In this document: positions 48,644 through 60,560 of the stretch, in pieces
How the letters are laid out: the number at the start of each line of letters is the position of its first letter
How positions within the stretch are numbered: the stretch's first letter is position 1
Notes under the pieces: generated by a model
The model's database searches: none
The model's input: only the letters and a program-made list of their open reading frames with translations
Told to the model about the DNA's origin: nothing
NCBI RefSeq assembly: GCF_018977255.1
Contig: NW_024704744.1
Location: 57,412,001-57,476,000 of the forward strand
Direction of reading: 5' to 3'
Length of the DNA: 64,000 bases
Source: Callorhinchus milii
Taxonomy: Eukaryota
Translations under genes and position numbers: made by a program

Positions 48644-50243
48644 GCAGAGGCGAGGCGGGAACCCTGGGCAGCCCAGCCCAGCCCAGCCCAGCCTGCGCGC
48701 GCCGCCAACCGTCTCCCTCAGCCGGCGCTCGCCGACCGCACCGGTCCTCTCTCCCCCACCCCCCGTCCGTCCGTCCGTCCCAGTCGCCTCCGGTACTCCA
48801 CAAGCACCGCCTCCTCCTCACAGCGAGAGAGAGAGAGAGAGGAATAAACACCCTCTGTGTACTGCTGTGCCCACAACGGCTTTTAGCTGTCAGCACCTCC
48901 GTGAAAGAGCCTCGGCTCAGCGGCGGTGTTGGTTGCGGTCAGTAGTTGTTATTGTTGCCGCCGCTTTATTCTGAACGGACTTGTCAAACCTGTCACGAAA
49001 GCAGCGCTCGGGGCGGTGGGGGAGAGAGGAGAGAGAGAGAGAGGCGGGAGGGAGGGAGGGAGGGAGGGGGAGAGGGGGGACTGGGAAACGCCGCTCCGGA
49101 ATCCGGCTCCCACACTTGGCAGCAACCGGTGGTGCGCGCGCAGCCTCCCCGTCTGGGCCAGACGTCATGAGGCTGGAGGGAAGGACCACCGTGATTGGCT
49201 CCTGCCCTCAGTGTTGCCGGGTTGGGGCTGGTTCCCGCCCAATTGGGCGTGTTTTGCGTTGTATTGGGCGGGGTGGGGGGGGGAAAAAACGGCTCCGGAC
49301 GGACGGGGGGGGGGCTGCTTCATTTTAAAAAAAATTAATTTAAACCCGTAAAACGTGCCCCCCCACCCCCACACCCGCCCACCCCTTTGAAGGCCTTTTT
49401 TTTAAAAAAAAACCCACAAGTTTCCAAAGCACTGACCTAAATCTGTAGGAGGAGCGCATAATATTGGGCTACTTTTGGGCGAGCATTCGGTTGACTTTGG
49501 GCCAGAAACCTGACAAAAACCCTGTGTGTACTTCAGTGAGGATGGGCTCAGGTTTCTGTGCATATACAGCTGGGGGGGGGGGGGGGGCAAGAGGAGGAAA
49601 GGGGGTGAGAGAGAGAGAGGGAGGGAGGGAGGGAGGAGTGTAATGGTGAATGGAGTGGGGGAGAGGAGATGGGGCGCGTGTTAATAAGGTGGAGAGAGCG
49701 AGACAGAGAGGAGGAGGAAGATGGAAGGAGGAGGAGGAGGAGGGAGGACGAAGACAGTGATATCGAGGCGGGGTCGACGACATCAGTGCTACTGTCGATA
49801 TCGGGACAGAAGTTTTCCGGTGGCCGTTTGTGTTGATTTCTGAAACAAAAGCCGCCCACTTTATTTTACCCACCGCAGCCTCAGGGGCTGCTGTTCTCCT
49901 GTCGAAGGGATCGCCTCGGGAGACCGGCAGCAGATTGGGCTGATGCTAAGCATTGCCTGTTTTATATATATATATATATATAAAAGGGACTGTTTGATTG
50001 GATCGAAGAAAATACAATTCTTGATTTGACATTTTGATTCTAAAAAAAGGAAAAGGTTTTCCTCCCAGGTCAATCCATGTCGGAGGGTAAAATATGTATT
50101 TGAAGGCCTTATGAATGAACGTCGTGTGGATTTTGTGATGCTGGTCTTAATACTCTAGCACAACCTAGTTTATTTCACTGGCTCGGATTTTTTCACTGAC
50201 TTGTATTTTACTACTGCACTGAGGCAAACATTAGCGTTGTTGG

Positions 50244-50566
50244 TAATAATAATAATAATCCTTACATTTGATATAGCGCTTTTCACGTCGGGAGGACGTC
50301 CCAAAGCGCTTCACAGAACGCACTGTAAAGTGAATTGACTGTATATTTGTGGGCGAACGCGGCAGCCAATTGCGCACAGCAATGTCCCACAAACAGTCGT
50401 AGATTGAAAATGACCAATTTATTATTGTTTTTGTTTTGGAGGGATTATTATTAGGCTCTGTGTGGAGTAAGGAAACTTGCCCAAGGTTTCGCCCTCTGCC
50501 TGGAATTGAACTCAGGTCTCTCACTTGCAAAGCGAGTGCTCTAACCACTGAGCTAAAGGACTCCAC
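50244..50566 (-). mobile_element. Full-length young tRNA-derived SINE
   Basis: Reverse complement is near-identical to 36799-37129. Confidence 0.92.
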
Positions 50567-53169
50567 AGTCCTGGTAGATGGTTGTGGGTTCAAGGTCCAC
50601 CTTAGGACTCTGTGGACTAGTCCAGTGCAGGGCTTAAGGTGTGGTGCACTGTTGGAGGTCCCGTCCTTCAGAGGAGATATTAAGGTCCTGTTTGTCTGTT
50701 CAGGTAGACTTTCAAGTTCCCATAGCACTATGTGTATCCTAGTTTCCTGGCCATCAATCACCAAATAATACCAGTCATTCATTTCTTGGTTGTTTGTGGG
50801 ATATTAATATGCACAAATTGGCTGCCGTGTTTGCCTACAAAATACACAGTCACTACACTTTAAAATAAAAGTTCCAATTGGATGCTATGTTCGTCCACAA
50901 AACACACAGTCACTCCACTTCACAGTATATCCTGTGCAGTACTTTGGAACATCCTCCCAATGTCAAAGATGCTATATCCAATGGAAGCATTTTAAGGATT
51001 GTTCTTATTGAAATCCTGTGACGGACTTTGAGATGTTCTTCTAATGTAAAAGGTGCAAGAATTATTATTATTATTAACACCTACCTGTTTCATGTCATTT
51101 AACTACCATCAGTCGGTGAGCATTCAGCTTTCCTACTCCCATAAGAACCTCATCTTAGAGTCCTTCCGCCTTGTACTCTCCACCTTCAAAACAAGACTTA
51201 AACCTTTCTATTCAACCATGCTTTTGGCCACCTCTCCCTTCCCCAGCTCAGGCTCTGAGTCAATTATGTGAAGCGCTTTGAGATGTTTTCCCAATGTCAA
51301 AAGTGCTATATAAATGTAAACTATTGTAGCTGAAGAGGTAACATTTATGATCGGTGAGTGTGACGAACCTTGTAGATCCATTTCAACATATAGACCTGAG
51401 TTCATTTTTAAAATGAGTCAGACTTGACAGCTGCATTATTAATAATGGAATAATTGTATTCAATTCAATATTAATAATGAGTAGCCAAAAATCTATTCAG
51501 GTAGCCTTGATAGCAGTAACTTTTTTTCTTTGTCTTGTCTACTAAACTGATTGGGCAAGCGAAGGCAAGTTAATGAAGTGGTTTTTCCACTGTCACTTTT
51601 TTTAAAAAACTCCCCAATGAAATGAGAGATGAAAAGAAAACTTGTAACATGTTTGGGAGTGGCGTAGACAGCTTGTCACTCTAGCAACAACTATTCATTT
51701 GACTACCCCAAAAGACGACAAGGTAAATTAGATCCTTCCTGTTGTAGTATTTCCCAATTATATACCATTTTAGTCTGTCTCTGAACTCAGTTACAAATAT
51801 CAGCATTCTGCATTTCTCATCTCTGCCAAGTATTACATTCAATTAGTGGACACTCCTTGCCAGTACATTCTATGTCTAATTTTTGCCTTTTTTCTTCCCT
51901 GCTGTGTTCTCACCAGTATGATATTGCTTCTCAGCTGGAGGGACACATTTTGAAGAGTATGCAGAGTGAAAGGCAGTCTCAACCCAGCAAGCAGAGTTGT
52001 AACCAACAGCATCACATCTCGGCTTGTTTCAGTACCTGTTGGCAGTAAGTGTTTTGAGTGTAGACAAGATCTGGCTGGCCTCACTGAAAAAACTCTTAAT
52101 ATTATTAATAATGAATATGCATTTTATGGATTAGGATAGATTTCCCTTGGCAATTTTCTCTTCCCACAACCATGCACTAGTCCAATTCTTAAAATTTATA
52201 CAGCACAACAGCGTATGTCTCAGTTGTTCTGAGGCCCACTGGTACAATCAAGGCCCCCTTTAGGGAATTATATACAATAGTACAGTTTAATGGAGGTGCT
52301 CCAAACACAACAACAATTTGCACTTATAAAGCGCCCCTCACGTAGTGTAGCGTCCCAGAGGACTTTGAGGGGGTGGGGGGTGCTCCACATTAAACTCTTC
52401 CCCCTAAATGTCACAAGCATCCACACTTGCAAAATTTAAAAAATATAATTTGCAGATGATCCTACAACAAGAGCAACTTGCATTTATATAGCGCAAACTA
52501 AAAATGGAGAAAAGAGGGGCAAGGCAAAGGGATTGAAGAAGAGTTCCATAGCTTCGGGGCGTAGTAGCTGAAAGAATGGCTGAAGCTGGTGGATTGCAAG
52601 GTCTGGAAGACAAGGAGGAGGCCGGAGATAGTTGAGTGGAGGCAGCGGGTAGCAGTGTACAGAGACAGCAGTTTGGAGAGATACAGGGGTGCTACTGCTG
52701 TTGCCTTCTCAAAGCATAAAAAACACTCTGACTTTTGTGCCAGAATCATCAGAGGTTGACCACCGAAGTAAGTTAAGTTGTGAAGAAAGAATTGCTTCTA
52801 CCAAATCTGGGAAGATTATCAAACTTCCCAAGTATGTTGCAGAATCCTAAGGGAGCACAAGGTAGTAAACTAAACACAAGTATATCACACAGTTGGAGAT
52901 AAGAAAACAAAAACAATAACATACTGTGATTACACATTAACATTGGAAACAATAAATCTCATTTTCATCACTGGATACCAGTATCATCACCAATTTATTG
53001 CTTTTCTCTAAGAAATAACTCAATACACCAATAGAGATGCAAAATAATGAGGGAGAGGAGAGAAGCATCGAAATTAGGTTATAAATTAGAAATGTCAACA
53101 TAGACTAACATAAAGTGAGCAAACAATTGGCACATAAAGCTGATAAATGTATTTGTTTAAACAAAACTC

Positions 53170-53372
53170 AAATACTCAGATGCTGGAAATCTGAAACAAA
53201 AACAGAACTCGCTGGGAACACCCAGCAGGTCAGGTAGTATTTATGGAGAAAGGAAAGTGAATCAATGTGTCGGGTCCAAAACCCTTCGGCAGAAACGTTG
53301 ACTCACTTTCCTTTCTCCACAGATGCTGCCTGACCTGCTGAGTGTTCCCAGCGACTTCTGTTTTTGTTTCTG
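53170..53372. mobile_element. Palindromic Penelope-like element remnant
   Basis: Inverted arms of about 78 bp (53193-53271 and 53293-53370) around a hammerhead-like core. Confidence 0.7.
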
Positions 53373-54769
53373 TATTTGTTTGCCTGACAACATGCTATGT
53401 GATCACCCTCAGACTGATGGTCATGATTACCCATTTAACCCTGTACAACTAACATTTGTATTGCTGATCATCGAATCCAGGCCTTTACAATTGATAATGT
53501 TATGCTGCTTACATTATGATATATATTTTACTGAGTGTGTTGAGGTGATGTTGTAAAGCAAAGCTTGTGTGATCTAAGCAACACAACCAAACACTAACGT
53601 ACAATGCAGATATGGAACAAGGATAGCAGCAATTAACATGTAAAAGCTTGTCTTCAAATTCATATAAAATTTTACATTCACAGAGTAAAACCTTTTTCTG
53701 TTCAGCTTTTCTATTAGATTGCAATTCGGCACACTGATTGCAGTCAATGACTTCTTTCAGTAAAGAAAATCCTGCAATTTTAAATCCTTTTGTTTCCATT
53801 TTACCTGAGAGAGGGTTCAATTTATCAGATATGCAAAGCATTGATAACTTATTGAATGGCATGAATTGGGAAAAATGTCTAACCCACACCTATCATCTAT
53901 GGGGTCCTGAAATTAATCATGCACATTAAAGTTCATTGCTCCAGTATGTCATGGCCTGTGTTATAGTACTGCATGTTTTGGGTTCATGATGGTTAAGATC
54001 ACAAACTCAATAATGGCTTCCTTTCATAGCTTCAAATACTTTAAAAAGCCTCAAAGTTTCTTATATGGTATTCAAGTACAATGTGGTTATAGATATGCAG
54101 TATTTTCCTCATTAACCAATGCAGCTTAAAAGTCAATGAAGAGAATTTAACAATGAATAACCATTGTATTTATCCATACAAGTACTAACCCATAAAATAC
54201 AAATGACTAACAGTTTTGTTTTGATCATAGACTAAAATAAAAGAAGTTTAAAAAAACTTTATTCTGGCTGTAGCTCATGTATACCTTTAACTCTATCTCT
54301 GAAAGTTTACTTTTAGTATACAAATTAACATTTCTTTGGGGACTGGTAATTAAAATGTCTCAAAGGTTCTACTTGAAAGACCTGAAGACACCTATATCAA
54401 AGGCAGGGACAGAGTACTAGTGCACATCTGAGTGTGCTGCCCATGCAGCAAACATGCCAGGCATCTGTAAGCTTTAACGTTGCACACACATTTTCACAAA
54501 AAGTTTTTGATGGAGCATTGATCTTGAAGGATTTTACAGTTGTGTGTCTCACTGAGGTGAACTAATTATAATAACTCGAAAAGCACTCCTTTCAATGATC
54601 AAACCATCACAAATCTACATGTCTTTTTATGTTAGTTGGTGATGTAATAGCCAAAACTGATCCAGGAGTTAGTAATCCCATATTATGAGGGAGCAGAAAT
54701 AACATTAACGGTTGATGTAATCACTAAAGGAAACTAGGTTAACGACTGAGCAATCCTTTCAGTCTTACC

Positions 54770-55440
54770 TACGTGACTTTCCCCCATACCCCTGTAGCTT
54801 ACTCCCTTTTAGGTATTTATCTCATTCACTTTTAAAAGATAATACGGATTTCACCTCAACCACCACTCCTGGCAGGGCATCCATTATAATAATAATAATA
54901 ATAATAATAATAATCCTTGCATTTGATATAGCGCTTTTCACGTCGGGAGGACGTCCCAAAGCGCTTCACAGAACACACTGTAAAGTGAATTGACTGTATA
55001 TTTGTGGGCGAACGCGGCAGCCAATTGCGCACAGCAATGTCCCACAAACAGTCGTAGATTGAAAATGACCAATTTATTATTGTTTTGTTTTTGGAGGGAT
55101 TATTATTAGGCGTGTTATTATCCAACTATTCAAGAAAAAAAATTCTACAAACCTCCCCATTTGCTTAATTTTAATGACCTCTATCAAGTCACCCCTCAAC
55201 CTTCTTTGTTCCAACCAAAACGTCCCAGTTCCTCCAGTCTCTGCTCATAGACTAAACTACTGATCCCTGGTATCATCCTAATAAACCTCTCCTGCAATAC
55301 TGCCTCGACCACTTTTCTAAAGTGGGTGACCGAAACGGGACACAATATTCTCACTGTAGTCTTAACTAATAATTTATACAAATTTAACATTATTTCTTTA
55401 ATGTATATTATTTTCCCCTGTTTATAAAACCTAGGATTGT
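54770..55440 (-). mobile_element. Decayed CR1 fragment interrupted by a 5'-truncated SINE (54885-55110)
   Basis: MLNLYKLLV...QERFIRMIPG...YEQRLEELG; SINE core and tail with (TTA)n inside it. Confidence 0.8.
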
Positions 55441-57567
55441 ACTTACATAATCCTTATGGCCAAAACCTTTTTGTCAGACTTTGCAAAATGGAATTTTACC
55501 TCCTGAATCATGGCTTCGTAAATTAACTTTAGCTTTAACAGATCCATATGCAATAAAATCAGGTTCACCATGCCCTGTGTGTCTGCACCATTCTCACCTC
55601 TTTTACTATTGCTCTTAACCATTCAGTTCTAGTTACTTTTTTTCCTCAATGTGAAGTTAACAATTTATCCAAACTTAGTTTGGGTAAATTTAGAGTTTCC
55701 AAAATTGCGTTGAAGAGCAGACTATTTCCAAACTACATTAAAACAACTATAAGTCTGTCATCTCAGTAAATCCATCAATTTATTATCCTTCAGTTCAAAA
55801 TTCAGCTTCAACATTTTGGCTTTGGATGACCTAAGGAACAGGCGATTATGACAGAGACAAAAATGTATGATCAAGAACATGAGATAATGATAATACTCAT
55901 CCTTTCATTTGATATAGCGCCTTATCCAGCACCTTAGGACATCCTCCCGATGTGAAAGGCGCTATACAATTGTAATCTTGTTGTTATCACATTGCTAAGA
56001 CGTTTCAAAGTGCTTCACAGAATGCACCCTAAAGTGAATTGACTGTATACTTTGTGGGCGAAACTTATTATTATGACAGAGGCAGGGATGTTATGATCAG
56101 AGACAGGGACTGTTTAAATTGTCACTGATATATGAACTAAGAACAGGAAGGATAACAAAAAAAAACTGGAAGAGTAGAAATAGGGTGCAAATCAAAATAT
56201 ACTATCCTTGGGATGAAGTAGTCAAATAATCAAGAAGGCGTACTCTCTTGTTCATTTAAAAGGGTTATTTAGTATATCTGGTACCGTCTGAGGGTTGAAT
56301 TCTACATGACAATGACATTAGATATCCACCACAATACACAAATCCCCTTTGAGTAAGAAATTAATGTCAGTGACAATGTACAACATAAATTTACCCAGCC
56401 TATCATCAAATACAAGTATATCCTTGAGCTATAAAAGTTAACCTGTCAACATCCAGGACTAGATTACCCTCCAGAAAGAATTGCCGACTGAAATGAATGA
56501 CTTACCATTAAAGGATGAAGTCAATACGGGACCATCAGGTAGCATTCTCTGTATAGCACTAGTGTTAAGGACCTCAGCAGACTTAAATAAGAGAGAGAAA
56601 CAGGTTGAAACTTCTGAGTGTAACTCCCAATTCTCTGTCCAAGAACAAGGAACTTTAAAATGGGAAGTGCCGCTGTGCATTGAAAAGGGAATTAAACCCG
56701 TTAATTGCATTTTAATTGCCAAGTGTTTGTTAATGATTGAATTCCCTATTACTACCAAATGTCTTTTCTAGGATATGTTTAAACGTTTTCTCTGCAGTTG
56801 TATTGCTGTGATGTATCACAGAAGGGTGGTTCAAAACTGATAAAGTATTTGAATTCCTATTTGATTTGGGTGCATTTTTCATTCTGTGATTACTTTGCTT
56901 TTCACACACATTTTGGGAGCAATGTTAGTGGCTTGAATCTCCTAAAGGAAAAGGAGAGGAGAATAGACAGATTGTTGGCGTAGGCTCCTTGGGCTTGGAA
57001 TTTACAGACATGGGTGTCAATCACTTCTATAACTAAGGCGCATGCGCATGCACCATTTTAGGCGTCCAGACATAAGTAATTTAATTAGCAATGATTTAGC
57101 TAAGGACTACTAAATGACAATGGTGCTGCCAGAAGCTTTGTGAATAGCTTCAACCTTTCATTTTATGCCACCGAGCCATTCCTAGCACCAGCTGAGAACT
57201 CTGACTGTTAACCAGGCACCAGCTTGCTGGTTCATTGAACAGATTAGCGAGACAGTTGTTCAGAACCGAAGCCAGATTCATCTGTTTTGGCAGAAATTAG
57301 CAGAAATAATGGAGCGGCAGCAACAACTTAATAGCTGCCATACCCAGGTGCAATAGGTGATAGATTCAGCTTTCAAATTGTCATCCTTCAAGGCTATTTG
57401 TGGGACATTGCTGTGGTCAAATTAACTGACAAATTTGCCTGCAAACACATAGTCACTGCACTTTACATTACATTTACTCCTGTGAAGCATTTTGAGATGT
57501 TTCAATAACGTGATAATGTTTCGATAATGTGATAAGGCACTCTATCAAATGCAAGGATTATTATTAT

Positions 57568-59025
57568 AACAACAACTAGCATTTATATAGCGTCCTCCAC
57601 GCTGGGCGGCATCTCAGAGCGCTTAATAATGGCGAAGCCTGACGCTGAGCCAGGGAGGGGATAGGTGACCGTAGGACGGTTGGAGAGGAAGATCTTCAGG
57701 TGCGACCTGAAAATGGGGAAGAAGGGGGCGATGTGGCTAAGGGGTTGAGGGAGGGAGTTCCAAATTTTCAGGGTGTAGTGGCTGAAGGCATGGCCGCCAA
57801 TGGTGGAGCGGAGGATTTGGGGAGGAGGCCGGACCCAGTAGAGCGGAGGCAGCGGGTACTGCTTTGGGGAGAGAGGAGGTAAGAGAGATACGGGGGGTGC
57901 CAAGGAATGGAGGGATTTAAACACTAGAGTGAGGATCTTGAAGTCGATCCGTTCTGTGACAGTGAGCCAGTGGAGTTTGGCGAGGACTGGAGTAATCAGG
58001 GTACGAAGTTTGATGCGGGTGAGAATGTGGGCGGCAGAGTTTTGAATGAGCTGAATTTTGTGAATAGTGGAGGAGGGGAGATCAGCGAGGAGAGCATTAG
58101 AGTAGTCCAGCCGAGAGGTGACAAAGGCGTGGACAAGAGTTTCAGCAGCTTTTGGGGTGAGGTATTGCCGGAGACGGGCAATGTGGAGGAGGTGGAAGGA
58201 AGTGGTGCTGGTCAGGGACCGGATGTGGGAAAGGATGGATAATTGGGGATCGAACCTGATGCCTAAGTTGCGCACGGGTTTGGAGAGTTTAAGGACAGGT
58301 CGGGTAGGATGAGGAGGTCAAAACCATGGGACAGAAGACATCGACGGGAGCCAAAGGCTATAGCTTCCATCTTGTTGACGTTTAACTGCAGAAAATTTGT
58401 GCTCATCCAGCTCTTGATGTCCAACAGACAAGCTCACAGAACATCAAAGGACTGGGGGTCGCAGCCGGAGGTGGAAAAGTAGAGTTGTGTGTCATCCGCA
58501 TACATGTGGAAGTTAACCCCGTGTCTGCAGATGACATCACCAAGAAGGAGCATATAAATGAGGAAGAGAAGGGGGCCAAAGATAGATCCTTGGGGTACCC
58601 GGCAGGTGACCGGGTGGAAGCGAGAAGGAAAGCCAATTGCAGAAATGTAGTGCTGGCAATTTGTAAGGTAGGACTCGAACCAAGCGAGTGCGATCCCACT
58701 GAGGTGGATGATGGAGGAAAGGCGGTAGAGGAGGATGGCGTGATCGACTGTGTCGAATGCGGCAGAGAGGTCCAGGAGGACGAGGAGGCAGAAGGAGCCC
58801 TGGTCACAGATAAAGAGGATATCATTTGTGACTTTCACGAACGCCGTCTCTGTACTATGGGCAGGGCAGAAATCAGACTGGAGGGGTTCAAGTAGTGTGT
58901 GGAGGTAGAGGTGTGCATCAAGTTGGTTGGCAACAACGAGTTCTAGAGCTTTGGCAGGTTTGAGATAGGGCGGTAGTGGCCGAGGTTGGAGGGATTGAGG
59001 GTAGGTTTTTTTAAGGAGTAGGGTG
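57568..59025 (-). mobile_element. L2-clade LINE RT/3' fragment
   Basis: [52 protein letters not shown]. Confidence 0.93.
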
Positions 59026-59041
59026 TATACAATACAAATTT

Positions 59042-60560
59042 ACAACAACAACAAAATTACTTTTGTATAGCACCTTGCACATTGGGAGGTGGTCCAAGGC
59101 GCTGGACAGTCAGTGTTTCGGAACCGAGCTGGGGGTTGGGATTGGGGAGGGTGGAGGGCAGGGGGGGAAGCAGAGTGATCGAAAGCACGGTACAAGAGGA
59201 GGGTCTTGAGATGGGTCTTGAAGGAGGCAAGAGAGGGGGCGAGGCGGAGGGACTGCGGGATGGACAGCATCAGCCTCCAAAGCTGCACTCTCCACCTCTC
59301 AAAGCCAATCAGGAACCTCGGTGTTTTGTTCGACCCTGAGCTGTCCTTTCTTCCCCACATCCGCGCCACAACTGGCACCGCCTTCCACCACCTCCGGAAT
59401 ATCGCCAGACTACGGCACTACCTCACCCCTCACACTGATGAAACACTGGTCCACGCCTTTATCACCTCAAGGCTGGACTACATCGGCCTTCCCGGCACCT
59501 CCCTCCACAAGCTGCAGGTCATTCAGAACTCTGCAGCTCATGTACTGTCCCGCACCAGGCTTCGCGACCACATCACTCCCATCCTCGCTCACCTCCACTG
59601 GCTCCCCATCCCCCAGAGGATCGAATTCAAGATCCTCATCCTCACCTACAAGGCCATTTACGGCCTTGCTCCCTCCTACCTCTCCGGCCTACTATCCCCC
59701 TACTTACCTGCCCGTACCCTCCGTTCCTCTGGCTCCTGTCTGCTCCACACCCCCCGCCCTAACCGCCCTACCATCAGTAGCCGGGCTTTCAACCTTTCAG
59801 CCCCTAAGCTCTGGAACTCTATCCCCCAGTGCCTTCACCTTGCTTCCTCCCTTTCCTCCTTCAAGGCCGGTCTCAAGACCTTTCTCTTCAACCATGCCTT
59901 CACCTTCTCTCTCGACTCTCTACTCCCTCCTCGCTCCCTCCCTTCCCTCCGCTCACCCTGACCATTTCCCCCCTGGTCGGGTCCCGACCCAACTGTCCAG
60001 CGCCTTGGGACGTCCTCCCGATGTGAAAGTCGCTCTATAAATGCAATCTTGTTGTTGTTGTTGAGTTCCAGAGGGTGGGGCAGAGTGGCTAAAGTCCCAC
60101 CCTCCAATGGTAAAGCAGACGAGGCGGGGGACATGCTGAGCAGAGGGAGCCGGCATGATGGTAGGTGGTTAGGAGGTCACAGAGGTAGGGGGCAGCAAGA
60201 TCATGGAGGGCTTTAAAGGTGAGGACCAGGATCTTGAACTGTATCCTCTCTGTGATGGGAAGTTAGAGGAGTCAGGCAAGGATGGGGGTGATAGAATCAC
60301 GGAGCCTGGTGCGGAAGAGGATACGGGTTGCCGAGTTTGGATGATCTGCATCCTATGGAAGGAGGAATTGGGGAGGCCAACAACAAGGAGTTTGCATAGT
60401 CAAGCCTCTATATTATGAATGCATGTATGAGGGTCTTGGCGGCTTGCGGTGCGAGACTGTGGCAGAGCCAGGCGATGTTGCGGAGGTGGGGGAAGGCAGA
60501 GCAGGTCATGGCACAGATGTGGGGTGGAAAGAATAGTTGAGGGTCAAACAAGCCGCCAAG
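59042..60560. mobile_element. Nested L2s: a minus-strand copy (59042-59264 and 60063-60560) interrupted by a plus-strand copy (59265-60062)
   Basis: ...GGGATGGA|...|AGTTCCAGAGGG rejoins as in the 37270 copy; the inner copy ends in (TTG)n. Confidence 0.85.

Larger units (their letters stand above)
47600..49950. promoter_or_regulatory. CpG island over the TULP4 first coding exon, 5' leader and promoter
   Basis: Abrupt GC- and CpG-rich block in a CpG-depleted background. At about 49130-49275 there is a cluster of TGCGCGCGCA, a CRE-like GACGTCA, three CCAAT/ATTGG boxes and GC boxes (CCCGCCC, GGGCGGGG). Confidence 0.85.

Noticed and set aside
47759-49873. Many overlapping 100-220 aa Gly/Arg/Pro-rich ORFs
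   Set aside because: Expected from the scarcity of stop codons in a GC-rich CpG island; only 47812-48063 matches a protein
50231-50782. Recurrent peptide [32 protein letters not shown]...KCKDYYYY in several ORFs
   Set aside because: Translation of SINE copies, not a gene family
53509-53889. 126-codon minus-strand ORF in AT-rich DNA
   Set aside because: No recognisable domain and no convincing donor site
59042-60062. Apparent inverted L2 structure with tails at both ends (twin-priming-like)
   Set aside because: Better explained as one L2 inserted in the opposite orientation inside another; the outer halves rejoin
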